From Thermofilaceae archaeon (GTDB lineage Archaea > Thermoproteota > Thermoprotei > Thermofilales > Thermofilaceae), in the NCBI GenBank assembly GCA_038727095.1, contig JAVYWK010000005.1, forward strand, positions 19,340-83,339: 64,000 nt of DNA. The letters run 5' to 3'. Below, piece after piece: positions 28,828 through 38,448 of the stretch (position 1 is the first letter of the stretch; each line of letters starts with the position of its first letter). Both the position numbers and the translations under genes were made by a program. The notes under the pieces are model-generated. The model saw only the letters and a list, made by a program, of their open reading frames with translations. It was not told the origin of the DNA and made no database searches.

Positions 28828-29469
28828 TTAGAGTTCTGGCTGAGTTTGTTTGAGGGTTTCTTCGGTTGCGAGTAGTACTGCTTTTACTTGTAGCTCGAGT
28901 GATAGTGAGGCGGGGGGGCCTGGTTTTGACGCTGCGATCTCCGGTGTGTAAGGCAAGTGGATGAAACCCGCTTTGAGGGGATAGCCGTTTCGGCTGGCGA
29001 AGTAGAGTAGCGTGTACATCGCGTAGTTGCAGAGGAAGGTTCCCGCCGTGTAGGATAGTGCCGCTGGGATCCCCACGCGCCTTAGTCTCTCGAGGATCCT
29101 CCGGGTAGGTAGTGTGGCGAAGTAGGCTGCAGGCCCGTGGGGGTCGATTGGCTCGTCGACCGGTTGCTCGCCGTCGTTGTCTGGTTTTGAGGCGTCCTTG
29201 ATGTTTACCGCGACACGCTCGATTCTGACGTGGGTTGAGCCAGGGTTGAGCCCCAGCGCGATGCAAACCTGCGGTTTCAGCTCCTCGAGCAGCTTGATTA
29301 GCTCGACTCCAGCCCTCTTGAACGAGACGGGTAGCGTCGCGGATCGCGCCGCGTACCCCATCGCGTCCAGCCTCTCTGCCGCGAGCTTTGCGACGAGTGA
29401 GGAGGGGTTGACTTCTTCGCCGCCGAAAGGCTCGAAACCCGTTAGCAGGATCACGCGTGCCCCTCTCAT
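28828..29469 (-). CDS. pcp: Pyroglutamyl-peptidase I
   Basis: LLTGFEPFGGEEVNPS, IERVAVN, AGTFLCN (Cys), GFIHLP (His). Confidence 0.97.
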   Translation of the reverse strand: MRGARVILLTGFEPFGGEEVNPSSLVAKLAAERLDAMGYAARSATLPVSFKRAGVELIKLLEELKPQVCIALGLNPGSTHVRIERVAVNIKDASKPDNDGEQPVDEPIDPHGPAAYFATLPTRRILERLRRVGIPAALSYTAGTFLCNYAMYTLLYFASRNGYPLKAGFIHLPYTPEIAASKPGPPASLSLELQVKAVLLATEETLKQTQPEL

Positions 29470-29516
29470 CCGGTTGTTATAAGCGCGCTTGCAGCTTCAG
29501 GCTTGAGGCCGCGCTC

Positions 29517-30944
29517 TTAGGTTAACGGGGTTACGGCTGCGAGGAGCGCGCTGTGGACGACTGCGAGCCAGGCTGCGTTCTCGGTCCAGGATTTGGTGCG
29601 GTGGAGCCACACTTGGGCTGCAGCGTCGAGGGGTAGTAGTAGGGTGAGGCTAACGAAGGTTACGATCAGCAGGTAGCCGGAGAGGCCCTGCGGCCCCAGT
29701 AGCAGCCTCGCGGTGGCGTAGGCGGAGAGGAAGCTGGCCGCCCGGAGGGCGATGACGACCGCTAGCCCGCGCATCGGTGGCAGGTTCGCCAGCTTGAGCC
29801 TCGCGAGCGGCTCGAAGGTGGTGCACGGTAGAAGCGAGAGGGCTAGGATCGCGGCCATGAGGGGGGCTCTCTGCGAGCTCGGCTCCACGTTGAAGAAGGG
29901 TTGGAGGGCCTCGTGCAGGCCGACGTAGACGATCAGCGCCAGCGCGATGCTTGCTGCTACCAGCCCTGGCAGGCCTTTGATCAGGGCTGTGCTGAAGCGT
30001 GGACGGGGCCGCTGAACCAGGATCAAGGCGAGTGTCTGCGTGTAGAGCACGGCGAGGACGTAGGCGGCGATTAGCGATACGGCTGGAGCCATGAGCAGGT
30101 AGAGCGGGAAGGCCAGCGGCGCGGCTAGGGCGAAGGCTGCGGCTAGCTTGGCCAGCGGCAGGCTTCCCGGGGACTGCGCCTGAGGCTTCCTCAAGCGGGG
30201 GGCGAGCAGGCTGACGGCCGCGAGCGTAGCGGCTAGTGCGAAGGCGCTTCTCGCCAGCGTTAGGGTCAAGCGCTGGGGGGCGCGGTTCTCGTAGCCGTCC
30301 CCCTCGAGCCTCGACAGCACGGCGTCCGCTAGCGCCGGGTTGTAAAGCACGGTCAAGTGGTCGTCGTGGGGCAGGATTACCACTGTCCAGCCTTCGGCGC
30401 TGGTCACGGTGAAGATCTCGTCGAGGGCGGCGAAGACCACGACCCGCTCGATGGGTTTGTCGAGGTACGGCCTGGACGCGACGACGATGACCCTCACCAC
30501 CCTCGGATCCCTCTTCGCGAACTCCTGCGCGAAGAAGCCGCCCATGCTGTGGCCGACCAGCGTGACCTCCTCGTCTCGCACCCCGAGCGACTCCAGCAGC
30601 CTGAGGTAGACGGGGAAAGCCGCGGTGCCGTTGAAGGCCGCGATCCTCGAGCCGCTCCTCCCGTGCCCCAGGTTGTCGTAGGCGATGGCTCTGTAGCCGC
30701 TCCTGGCCAGCTCCACCCCGAGCCACTTCATCATCTCGAGGCTCCCGCCGAGCCCGTGGAGCAGCACAACAACGCCCTTGGTGGTGCCGCTCTTCGGGCT
30801 CCACTCCGCGTAGTAGACCGGGACTACGTCGACAAAGATGTAGCCTCTCCACTCTTCGACCCCCGACTCGAGCTGCAGCAGGCCGAGCGACAGCACAGCG
30901 TACGCGGCTATGAAGGCGGAGAGCAGGATGACCGCCCTACCCAC
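29517..30944 (-). CDS. Membrane-anchored alpha/beta hydrolase with multi-TM C-terminus
   Basis: LLHGLGG, GHGRS, GHSMGG nucleophile elbow, DDHL; hydrophobic C-terminal half. Confidence 0.88.
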   Translation of the reverse strand: MGRAVILLSAFIAAYAVLSLGLLQLESGVEEWRGYIFVDVVPVYYAEWSPKSGTTKGVVVLLHGLGGSLEMMKWLGVELARSGYRAIAYDNLGHGRSGSRIAAFNGTAAFPVYLRLLESLGVRDEEVTLVGHSMGGFFAQEFAKRDPRVVRVIVVASRPYLDKPIERVVVFAALDEIFTVTSAEGWTVVILPHDDHLTVLYNPALADAVLSRLEGDGYENRAPQRLTLTLARSAFALAATLAAVSLLAPRLRKPQAQSPGSLPLAKLAAAFALAAPLAFPLYLLMAPAVSLIAAYVLAVLYTQTLALILVQRPRPRFSTALIKGLPGLVAASIALALIVYVGLHEALQPFFNVEPSSQRAPLMAAILALSLLPCTTFEPLARLKLANLPPMRGLAVVIALRAASFLSAYATARLLLGPQGLSGYLLIVTFVSLTLLLPLDAAAQVWLHRTKSWTENAAWLAVVHSALLAAVTPLT

Positions 30945-31029
30945 GATGCCCCGTCCGAGCGATCGTATTAAGCTGTTTTCCCGCGCCCGGCCTCAAGCCC
31001 GGTGCACCACCTCGATCGGGGAGGGGCCC

Positions 31030-32301
31030 CTACAGCTGCAGCAGGATGGCGGTGGCCAGGAGGGGTGTGGCTACGGCGAGGTTGACGGGGATTAGCTTCA
31101 CGGCCCTACTCCTGCTGATGGGCGCCACGTAGACGGCCTTGTTGATCGAGGCGGCCGCTGAGGCGATCAGCGTCGACACGATCGCCGTCGAGGGTGAGAC
31201 GTAGTTCCCCACGAGCAGGCTCATCGAGGTGAAGATCACTGCCGCTGAGCTGGCGAACCCGCTGAGAGCCGATGCGAGCAGCGCGCCTGGAACGCCTAGC
31301 ACGAGCGTGGCCGCCGCGCTGATCATCGATGAGAGAGCGAAGAGGGCTGTAGCCCTCGCCGCCAGGCTGAAGCTCAGCGGGGGGACCTCGATGCTGAGCT
31401 CCCCCGGGCTCGGCAGGAGCTTTGACAGCGTGTAGGCCAGGAGGATCGAGAGGGAGTAGCCGAGCAGCCCGACCGCGAGGAGGTTAAGCTCCACCCTCCG
31501 CGACAGGTGCGATAGCAGGGTTGCGAGAGCCGCGTTCCTCGCCAGCATTGCCGCGTTCGCCAGCAGGGAGGACCTGACAGCCGCCCCCTCACCGCCCAGC
31601 CTGCAGGCGCTCACGACCGTTGCCTCGCTGTTGGCGAGCCCGCCGAAGAAGGAGACGAAGTCGATGGACCGCGAGCCACCGAGCCTGACCGCCACGTAGC
31701 CTATGTAGGAGATCACCAGCACCGTGACGAAGAATATGTAGAGGGAGCCGACGCTGACGGCGTTGAGGAACGGATCGGTCAGCTCGAAGGGCAGGAGGGG
31801 GCCGATCAGGAAGGCAATCACGCCCAGCTCGAAGAGGGGGAGGAGCTCCCCGTAGGTGACGCCCTTGACGACCCTCTCAATGCTCAGCTTTGCGGCTAGC
31901 GCCAGGCTCGCCATGAAGCAGAGGGCCACCCCTTCGACGAGCATCCCGGAGCCGATCAGCAGGCCGGAGGAGTAGGCGACAGCCAGCGCGAGGGGGGTTG
32001 TGATCCCGCTCTCCCCACTGATCACCAGCTTCCGGTAAGTGTAGACGCCAACGACTGAGACAACCATGGCCGCGAGAGAGGCTGACGCCAGCAGTGGGAG
32101 CCACGGTTCGGTTGCCACGCTACCGGGGAGAGCTGCGGACAGGCAGCCGAGCACGGAGAGGAAGCCGACGCTTCTGACCCCCGGCGCCTCGTGGGATTTC
32201 GCCCTCTCCCTCTCCAACCCTATCAGCGCTCCCGATAGGAAGCTGAGAGCGACCTTCACCACGAACTGGATGTCGACCGACACTGGGACTAGGGGCAGCA
32301 T
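31030..32301 (-). CDS. MgtC/SapB + DUF4010 membrane protein
   Basis: GALIGLERE...PGVRS, GITT, ISYIGYVAVR, GGLANSEATV. Start uncertain (32301 or 32283). Confidence 0.88.
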   Translation of the reverse strand: MLPLVPVSVDIQFVVKVALSFLSGALIGLERERAKSHEAPGVRSVGFLSVLGCLSAALPGSVATEPWLPLLASASLAAMVVSVVGVYTYRKLVISGESGITTPLALAVAYSSGLLIGSGMLVEGVALCFMASLALAAKLSIERVVKGVTYGELLPLFELGVIAFLIGPLLPFELTDPFLNAVSVGSLYIFFVTVLVISYIGYVAVRLGGSRSIDFVSFFGGLANSEATVVSACRLGGEGAAVRSSLLANAAMLARNAALATLLSHLSRRVELNLLAVGLLGYSLSILLAYTLSKLLPSPGELSIEVPPLSFSLAARATALFALSSMISAAATLVLGVPGALLASALSGFASSAAVIFTSMSLLVGNYVSPSTAIVSTLIASAAASINKAVYVAPISRSRAVKLIPVNLAVATPLLATAILLQL

Positions 32302-32523
32302 GCTTAAACCTATGTTTACTACAATCAGGTATATAAGAACTATTCTCTTCTTACATCTATATAATCTATAAACTTGCACCGTTAAGCGAGAGCAGCGCTC
32401 CGGGGTTCACCAGCTCCAAGCCGCGCGGCACAGCTGTCCCGGCTGAACCGCCGCAGCTCGGCGCACTCGACGCGGATGGAGGGTTCGAGGTTAAAGAGCT
32501 AGGATACCAATTTTAGGCTGGAA

Positions 32524-33189
32524 ATGGCCCGCTACGCCGTGGAGTCTGACCCAGCGCAGCTGAGGAGGAGGTTGGCTGAGCTGGACTCGAAGATGAGGAA
32601 GGCCGTGGGGGAGGTTGGGGAGCTGAAGGCGAAGATAGATGCCTTGAGCGAGGAGAGGAGGAAGCTCCGCGAGGATATCGCGAGGCTTGAGGCGGAGCTG
32701 CGCGAGCTTAAGGGGAGGATGGCCGCTGCGCGGGAGGAGGGGGGAGTTGACGTGAAAAAGCTCTGGGAGGAGAAGAGAAGCCTTCAGGAGAGGGTTACCA
32801 GCCTGCGCCGAGAGATCAGGGAGCTGCTCGATAGGATCGATAGGGGTGAGCCGAGGCAGGAGGAGCTCAGGTCGAAGATGAGGGAGTACGCTGCGCTGGA
32901 GAGCCGGCTCAAGGCCGTTGAGGCGAGCATAAACGAGGCTAGCAGGAGGAGGCTGGAGGAGAGGACTGAGAGGGAGAAGCTGAAGCTGCGCATCGCGGAG
33001 CTGCAGGAGGAGCTTGTGAGGTTGAGGAGGCGGAGGGCGGCGTTGAAGAAGCAGCTGGAGCAGCTGAAGTCCACGTACGCTGCTAAAGCCTCGGAGCTCC
33101 AAGACTTACGGCAGGAGATCGAGAGGATCAGGCTTTTCATCAGGGCGGCTGAGATCGCGGAGCGCCTGAGGGGCGGTAAGCAGAAATAA
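32524..33189 (+). CDS. Long coiled-coil protein of unknown function
   Basis: 221 aa of E/R/K/L-rich heptads throughout. Confidence 0.8.
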   Translation: MARYAVESDPAQLRRRLAELDSKMRKAVGEVGELKAKIDALSEERRKLREDIARLEAELRELKGRMAAAREEGGVDVKKLWEEKRSLQERVTSLRREIRELLDRIDRGEPRQEELRSKMREYAALESRLKAVEASINEASRRRLEERTEREKLKLRIAELQEELVRLRRRRAALKKQLEQLKSTYAAKASELQDLRQEIERIRLFIRAAEIAERLRGGKQK

Positions 33190-33209
33190 CCACGGTGGCG
33201 AGGGCCCAC

Positions 33210-34661
33210 ATGGGCTGCAAGTTCGATAGGGGCTTCAGGTTCGGGTTCAGCACGGTCGGCGTCCAGCACGAGATGGGCCTCCCCGGCTCCGAGTTCGCCA
33301 GCGACTGGGTCCTCTGGCTTCACGACCCGGAGAACATCGCCGCGGGCATCGTGAGCGGGGACCGGCCGGAGGACGGCCCCGGCTACTGGCACCTCTTCAG
33401 GGAGGATAACGAGAGGGCTGTCTGGCTGGGGATGGACGCTGCGTGGTTCACGATTGAGTGGGCGCGGATCTTCCCCAAACCGACTTTCGAGGTCGAGGTT
33501 CCCGTCGAGCGGAGCAGGGATGGCTTGGTGGCCGTTAACGTAGATCAGGAGCACGTGAGGAGGCTCGAGAAGCTGGCGGACATGGGTGCTGTGAAGCGGT
33601 ACAGGGAGATCTTTGAGGACTGGAAGGGGCGCGGAGGGTTCCTGATAGCCAACCTCTTCCACTGGTCGATCCCCGTCTGGCTGCACGACCCCGTGAAGGT
33701 CAGGAAGTTGGGGCCCGACCGGGCTCCCTCCGGTTGGCTCGACGAGAGGACGGTGGTCGAGTTCGCGAAGTTCGCCGCGTTCGCTGCGAGCGTGTTCGAC
33801 GACCTCGTGGACGCGTGGTACACGATGAACGAGCCGGAGGTGGTGGCGATGCTGGGCTACGTGAGCGTGAGGAGCGGCTTCCCGCCCGGCTACCTCGACT
33901 TGAAGTGCTACGAGGTTGCGAGGAAGCACTTGGCCGAGGCTCACGCCCGGGCCTACGACGCTGTAAAGACCTTCTCGAAGAAGCCCGTAGGGATCGTCGA
34001 GTCCGTCGCCGCTTGGACCCCGCTGACGGAGGAGGATAGGGAGGCAGCCGACGCCGGGTTCGAGCGCAACATCTGGCCGTACGAGGCTGCCGTCAAGGGG
34101 GTTCTCGCTGGGGGCGTGAGGGACGACTTGAGGGGCCGGCTCGACTGGGTGGGGTTGAACTACTACACGAGGAGCGTCGTTAGGAAGGTTCCAGGCGGCT
34201 ACACCGTGCTTTCCGGCTACGGCTACTCCTGCCCGCCGGGCGGTTCATCGAAGGCTGGGCGCCCGGCGAGCGACTTCGGCTGGGAGGTTTACCCGGAGGG
34301 CCTCTACGAGGTGCTCATCAGGCTCTGGAAGAGGTACCGGCTCCCCATTTACGTCACCGAGAACGGCATCGCCGACGCGAGCGACAGGTTAAGGTCGCAC
34401 TTCATCGTCTCCCACCTGTACCAGGTCCACCGCGCCGCGTCAGAGGGGGTTGACGTTAGAGGCTACTTCCACTGGAACCTCTTCGACAACCTCGAGTGGG
34501 CGCAGGGCTACAGGATGAGGTTCGGCCTCTTCCACGTTGACTTCGCGACCAAGCGCAGGTACGCGAGACCCAGCGCCCTCGTGTTCCGGGAGATCGCGAG
34601 GGACAAGGAGATACCGGACTACCTGATGCACCTCACCGAGCCCCCACGCGTTAGCGGTTGA
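33210..34661 (+). CDS. GH1 beta-glycosidase
   Basis: TIEWARIFP, TMNEP (acid/base), GLNYY, YVTENG (nucleophile), DNLEWAQG..RFGL. Confidence 0.97.
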   Translation: MGCKFDRGFRFGFSTVGVQHEMGLPGSEFASDWVLWLHDPENIAAGIVSGDRPEDGPGYWHLFREDNERAVWLGMDAAWFTIEWARIFPKPTFEVEVPVERSRDGLVAVNVDQEHVRRLEKLADMGAVKRYREIFEDWKGRGGFLIANLFHWSIPVWLHDPVKVRKLGPDRAPSGWLDERTVVEFAKFAAFAASVFDDLVDAWYTMNEPEVVAMLGYVSVRSGFPPGYLDLKCYEVARKHLAEAHARAYDAVKTFSKKPVGIVESVAAWTPLTEEDREAADAGFERNIWPYEAAVKGVLAGGVRDDLRGRLDWVGLNYYTRSVVRKVPGGYTVLSGYGYSCPPGGSSKAGRPASDFGWEVYPEGLYEVLIRLWKRYRLPIYVTENGIADASDRLRSHFIVSHLYQVHRAASEGVDVRGYFHWNLFDNLEWAQGYRMRFGLFHVDFATKRRYARPSALVFREIARDKEIPDYLMHLTEPPRVSG

Positions 34662-34681
34662 GGAAGTTGACGGGTGTGACC

Positions 34682-34737
34682 CCCTCAGTAAGGCCGGGAA
34701 CCCTCACTGATCGGTAGGTAGCTGAGCTCATCACCGT
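34682..34737 (-). ncRNA. Box C/D methylation-guide sRNA
   Basis: Minus strand: C GTGATGA (34734-34728), guide GCTCAGCTACCTA, D' CCGA, C' GTGAGGG, guide TTCCCGGCCTTA, D CTGA (34688-34685). TTTTTAT box at 34763-34757. Confidence 0.8.
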
Positions 34738-34784
34738 GCTCGCTTAATGCGCGCGCATAAAAACCCTAGGCTCTACTGGGTCGC

Positions 34785-35807
34785 GTGAACACGACCCTCC
34801 TCTCCAAGCTATCAGCTGCGCTGGGACCGTCGGGCTTCGAGAGCCAGGTGAGGAAGCTCATCGCCGAGGAGCTGGGTAAGCTGGGGCTTGAGCCAGCTAC
34901 CGACCCCCTGGGTAACCTCTACGTTACGTTCGGGGAGGGTAGGCCGCTGATGGTTGTGGCAGCCCACATGGACGAAGTCGGCTTCCTGGTGAGACACGTC
35001 GAGGACGCCGGCTTCCTGCGGGTGACCGCTCTCGGCGGTGTGAGCGCGAGCGCCTCGCAGGGCCATGAGGTCGTCGTCATGGGGCGGAAGGGGGAAGTGA
35101 AAGGAGTGGTGGGCTCGACCCCGCCCCACCTGCAGGCTGGGGCCCAGCCGAGGGAGATCACTGTGGAGGACCTCTTCATCGACGTCGGCGCCTCTACGAG
35201 GGAGGAGGCGCTTGCCATGGGTGTGGGAATAGGTTCTCCAGCCACATTCGCCCCACGCTTCGAGGATCTGGGCGGCTGCGTGGCCGGTAAGGCTCTCGAC
35301 GACCGGATTGGATGCTACGTGCTCATCGAGTCGCTCCGCGGCTACAGTGGGCCGGAGAGGGGGACTCTCGTGGCAGCATTCACCGTGCAGGAGGAGACAG
35401 GGCTGCGGGGCGCGCTAGCCCTCGCCCACCGGCTCCAGCCGGACTACGCGGTCGCTCTGGAGGGAACGATCGCTAACGACGTGCCTGGGACGCCGGCCGA
35501 CAGGGTGATCACGAGGCTGGGATCGGGGCCCGCGCTCAGGGTGATGGATAGGACGATCGTAGCTTCCAGCGAGCTCCTCTCCCACATCGCAGCTCTGGCG
35601 GAGCGGGAGGGCATCCCGTACCAGCTCCAGATCTCGCCCTACAGCGGGACCGATGCGGGCGGCTTCGTGCACTACGGCTCAGCCGCGACTGCCATCTCAG
35701 TACCGGTCAGGTACATCCACTCACCCGTGTCCATCGCGAGGAAGAGCGACATTGAGCACACGATCGCCCTCGTGAGGAAGCTGCTCGAATACCCCTGGCC
35801 CGCGTAG
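34785..35807 (+). CDS. M42 family aminopeptidase (TET-like)
   Basis: GPSGFE, AAHMDEVG, KALDDRIG, FTVQEETGLRGA, GTDAG, RYIHSP. Confidence 0.96.
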   Translation: MNTTLLSKLSAALGPSGFESQVRKLIAEELGKLGLEPATDPLGNLYVTFGEGRPLMVVAAHMDEVGFLVRHVEDAGFLRVTALGGVSASASQGHEVVVMGRKGEVKGVVGSTPPHLQAGAQPREITVEDLFIDVGASTREEALAMGVGIGSPATFAPRFEDLGGCVAGKALDDRIGCYVLIESLRGYSGPERGTLVAAFTVQEETGLRGALALAHRLQPDYAVALEGTIANDVPGTPADRVITRLGSGPALRVMDRTIVASSELLSHIAALAEREGIPYQLQISPYSGTDAGGFVHYGSAATAISVPVRYIHSPVSIARKSDIEHTIALVRKLLEYPWPA

Positions 35808-35973
35808 ATAGAAATCGTGCAGCCTCTAAGGGCCCCATACCCTAGCTGGTAGCCCAACCCTCTTCGAGAGGCTAGGCGTTAATGGCTGCGGCTTTCGGTA
35901 CGACCTCTCGATGAGCTGGACGCCGGTACTGATTGCGCGTCAATCTTAATTACCGTTATCAGAGTGCCCTTTC

Positions 35974-36882
35974 GTGACTGAAGCCCGAAGAAGGCTCTTC
36001 GCTTTCCTGGTGCTCGCCTACCTCTTCGCCCTGACGATCGATCTGGCGGCCTTCATGACGCTCGAGAGGGGCGGTGCGGGCTCTTCCGATCCCCGGACAG
36101 CCTTGGTAACCATGGTGTGGGGCTTCGCGAGGATGTGGTCTGTGACGGCTGCCGCGCTACTCTCTGCGGTGATCGGTCGTGAAAGCCTACTAGGTTGCCT
36201 GAAGCGGTGGCTTAGGGTTTCGAAACGTTCCCTGCTGTGCTACCTCTCAGCCCCCCTTCTAATCTACCTCGCTTTGGGAGTCTACGTGCTGATCGCCGCG
36301 CCTTTCGGGCTCTTCGATTTTAACGCCTACGTGGAGCTCATTGCGAGCCAACTGCGAGCCGCAGGGCTGGCGGAGGAACTGGCCCCCCTCGTTGCGTTCC
36401 AGCAGCTCCTGCTGGGCTACTTCGCGGCTATCTCGGTGAACGCCGCTTTCGCGCTCGGCGAGGAGCTCGGGTGGAGGGGCTACATGTTCGACCTGCTCGA
36501 AAGGAGGCTCACGGCCAGGGGCGTTGTAGCGATTGGCGTCGCGTGGGGCTTGTGGCACGCGTCAGCCACAATGCTGCTCGGCCACAACTACGGCTCCAAC
36601 CGGCTCCTCGGTGGGTTCATCCTCTTCCCCGTTTTCACCACGCTCCTATCAATCCCACACATGCTCCTAGTTGAAGCAGCGGACAGCGTGCTCCCCGCCG
36701 CCTCGCTCCACGGGGCCGTGAACGCGCTGTGGGGCCTCACGGTCGTCGCCACGGGGCTGCCGCTAGAGGCGAGAGAGCTCTACACCGGTCTGGGTTTAGC
36801 GGGCTTTGCCGCCTGGGCGATCCTCGATGCTCTCATCATCAAGCTGAGGCTGAAGAGGGCTAGAGGCGACGGTAGAGCGTAA
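35974..36882 (+). CDS. CPBP (CAAX/Abi) intramembrane metalloprotease
   Basis: GEELGWRGY, WGLWH, LHGAVN. Confidence 0.93.
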   Translation: MTEARRRLFAFLVLAYLFALTIDLAAFMTLERGGAGSSDPRTALVTMVWGFARMWSVTAAALLSAVIGRESLLGCLKRWLRVSKRSLLCYLSAPLLIYLALGVYVLIAAPFGLFDFNAYVELIASQLRAAGLAEELAPLVAFQQLLLGYFAAISVNAAFALGEELGWRGYMFDLLERRLTARGVVAIGVAWGLWHASATMLLGHNYGSNRLLGGFILFPVFTTLLSIPHMLLVEAADSVLPAASLHGAVNALWGLTVVATGLPLEARELYTGLGLAGFAAWAILDALIIKLRLKRARGDGRA

Positions 36883-36980
36883 CCTCTGAGCGCTTCAGGC
36901 AGGCCCAGCCTTTCCGACTTTCTCGATCCCTGCCACGTACTGGTCCGCGGTGCTGGGTTGCTGCACGTCTGATCGAGCTG

Positions 36981-38357
36981 CTACTTCGTTGACGGCTGGG
37001 GGCGAGCGCCGGGTCGGTGCTGCAGGGCGAGCTCGCAGAGGATCGCGGCCAGCTGTATCAAGGCGAAGTGCGATTCGCCCTCGCTAGCCGGTCGGAACAT
37101 GCCGTCATCCATCAGCTTAACGTTCGTGTACCTGCTGATGGCCAGCTTCCTCCAGAGCGCGTAGGCCCGCTTATCGGCGGTGAGCACGGTCAGATCCTTT
37201 ATGAGCTCCGGATCGATCGAGGGTATCGAGATGTCGCACTTGTACTGCGTGCTGGGCACCTTGCTCGCGAAAGCTTCGACCACCTCGTAGGCCATGAGGA
37301 GGGCTTCGGCGAGCAGTCTCTCGCAGGCCTTCCTGCTCTCGGCCACCCTGTTGAGCACCTCAGCGTGGACGCAGTAGGGGACGTGGATCCGGGGTCCCAG
37401 CAGCCGTACGACGTTGTGGACACCAGAGTAAATCACATTCGTGTCTATTAAGTACCGCTCATCCTGCCCCAAGTCGAGAATCTCGAAGCCAACCAACCTG
37501 TACAACCACCCAACCTCCCTGCAGCGGGGCTCGCCCCAGGCTATGGCGGATAGGGCCTCCGCTGCGAAATCCTCGAAGAGCCTCCGGTCGGGCGGCGGGT
37601 GGACGCTGATGCTCTTCCTAACCCTTGCCGTCGGCGCCTCGCCTTTGACCGGCAGCCTGGCCAGCTCGCAGACCGGTACCAATCCAGCGGTCGTACTTAG
37701 GTAGAGGGTCTTCGACAGCTCGCCCCCCTCGACGGCTTCAACGAGCTCGAGCGCGAGCTTCGGGGTGGAGTAGTCGTTAACCCACGTTTGGGGGAGTGAG
37801 AGGTTCAAGTCGACGCAGAGGCTGGCGATCCTCTTGAGGAGCCGGGTGGGAAAGGGGGCTTCCTCCTCCAGGTACTCCACAGCCCCGTCCCTGCTGAAGG
37901 CGCGTCTCGCGGGCTCCGGTGGATCCCCTAGCACCCGCATCGGCTGCAGGTACCGGGGGACGTAGGGGTAGAAGAAGCCGGTCCATGGGCCGAAGGGGAA
38001 GAGGACGTGCCCAACGTCCGCCCCCGTTCTCGCGGAGGCCAGCGTGAGAGCAACCGCCCCCACGAGGGAGCCGGAGGTTGGCACAGCTAGAGCTTTACCG
38101 CGCGAGAGGAAGCTTTGAAACGTGTTCAGCGCCTCCCCCAGGTCCCGGGACATCTGACGGAGCTCCAAACCAGCGTCGAAGAGCCTCTTGACGAACCGGG
38201 AAACCCTCTCCGCCTCTCGCTTCGCGAAAGCGCTGTAGAAGGCCACGCACTCGCCGATAGGGAACGCCTCTAGAGCCCTCGCGAGGGAGGAGGCCGCGGA
38301 TTGGAAGGTGAAGCTGGGAGAGCCGACGAGGAAGACCGCAAGCTCGTAGCCAGCCAC
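36981..38357 (-). CDS. Putative CARF-like Rossmann domain plus C-terminal PIN nuclease
   Basis: PIN acidic tetrad (YLIDTN, HAEVL, CDISI, LTAD). N-terminal AVFLVGSPS and AVPTSGSLVGAVAL resemble CARF motifs I and II. Confidence 0.6.
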   Translation of the reverse strand: MAGYELAVFLVGSPSFTFQSAASSLARALEAFPIGECVAFYSAFAKREAERVSRFVKRLFDAGLELRQMSRDLGEALNTFQSFLSRGKALAVPTSGSLVGAVALTLASARTGADVGHVLFPFGPWTGFFYPYVPRYLQPMRVLGDPPEPARRAFSRDGAVEYLEEEAPFPTRLLKRIASLCVDLNLSLPQTWVNDYSTPKLALELVEAVEGGELSKTLYLSTTAGLVPVCELARLPVKGEAPTARVRKSISVHPPPDRRLFEDFAAEALSAIAWGEPRCREVGWLYRLVGFEILDLGQDERYLIDTNVIYSGVHNVVRLLGPRIHVPYCVHAEVLNRVAESRKACERLLAEALLMAYEVVEAFASKVPSTQYKCDISIPSIDPELIKDLTVLTADKRAYALWRKLAISRYTNVKLMDDGMFRPASEGESHFALIQLAAILCELALQHRPGARPQPSTK

Positions 38358-38448
38358 GGTAAAGACGGCTCACACCCACTAAAATGCCTTCAGGGGTGTG
38401 GGTGGCCGACAGCTGGAGGCCCCTTGAATGACTTGAGCCGGAGCACCT

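Noticed and set aside
29650-30852. 400-aa alternative-frame ORF inside the alpha/beta hydrolase gene
   Set aside because: Arg/Gly/Pro-rich shadow of GC-rich codon usage with no motifs
32491-33944. Long antisense ORFs (203 and 386 aa) opposite the coiled-coil and GH1 genes
   Set aside because: Typical stop-poor antisense frames; the sense genes have clear identity
35878-35932. Possible third C/D sRNA (CGATGA-14 nt-CTGA at 35909-35932)
   Set aside because: Only one half is convincing; the upstream C and D' boxes are poor and no target was recognised
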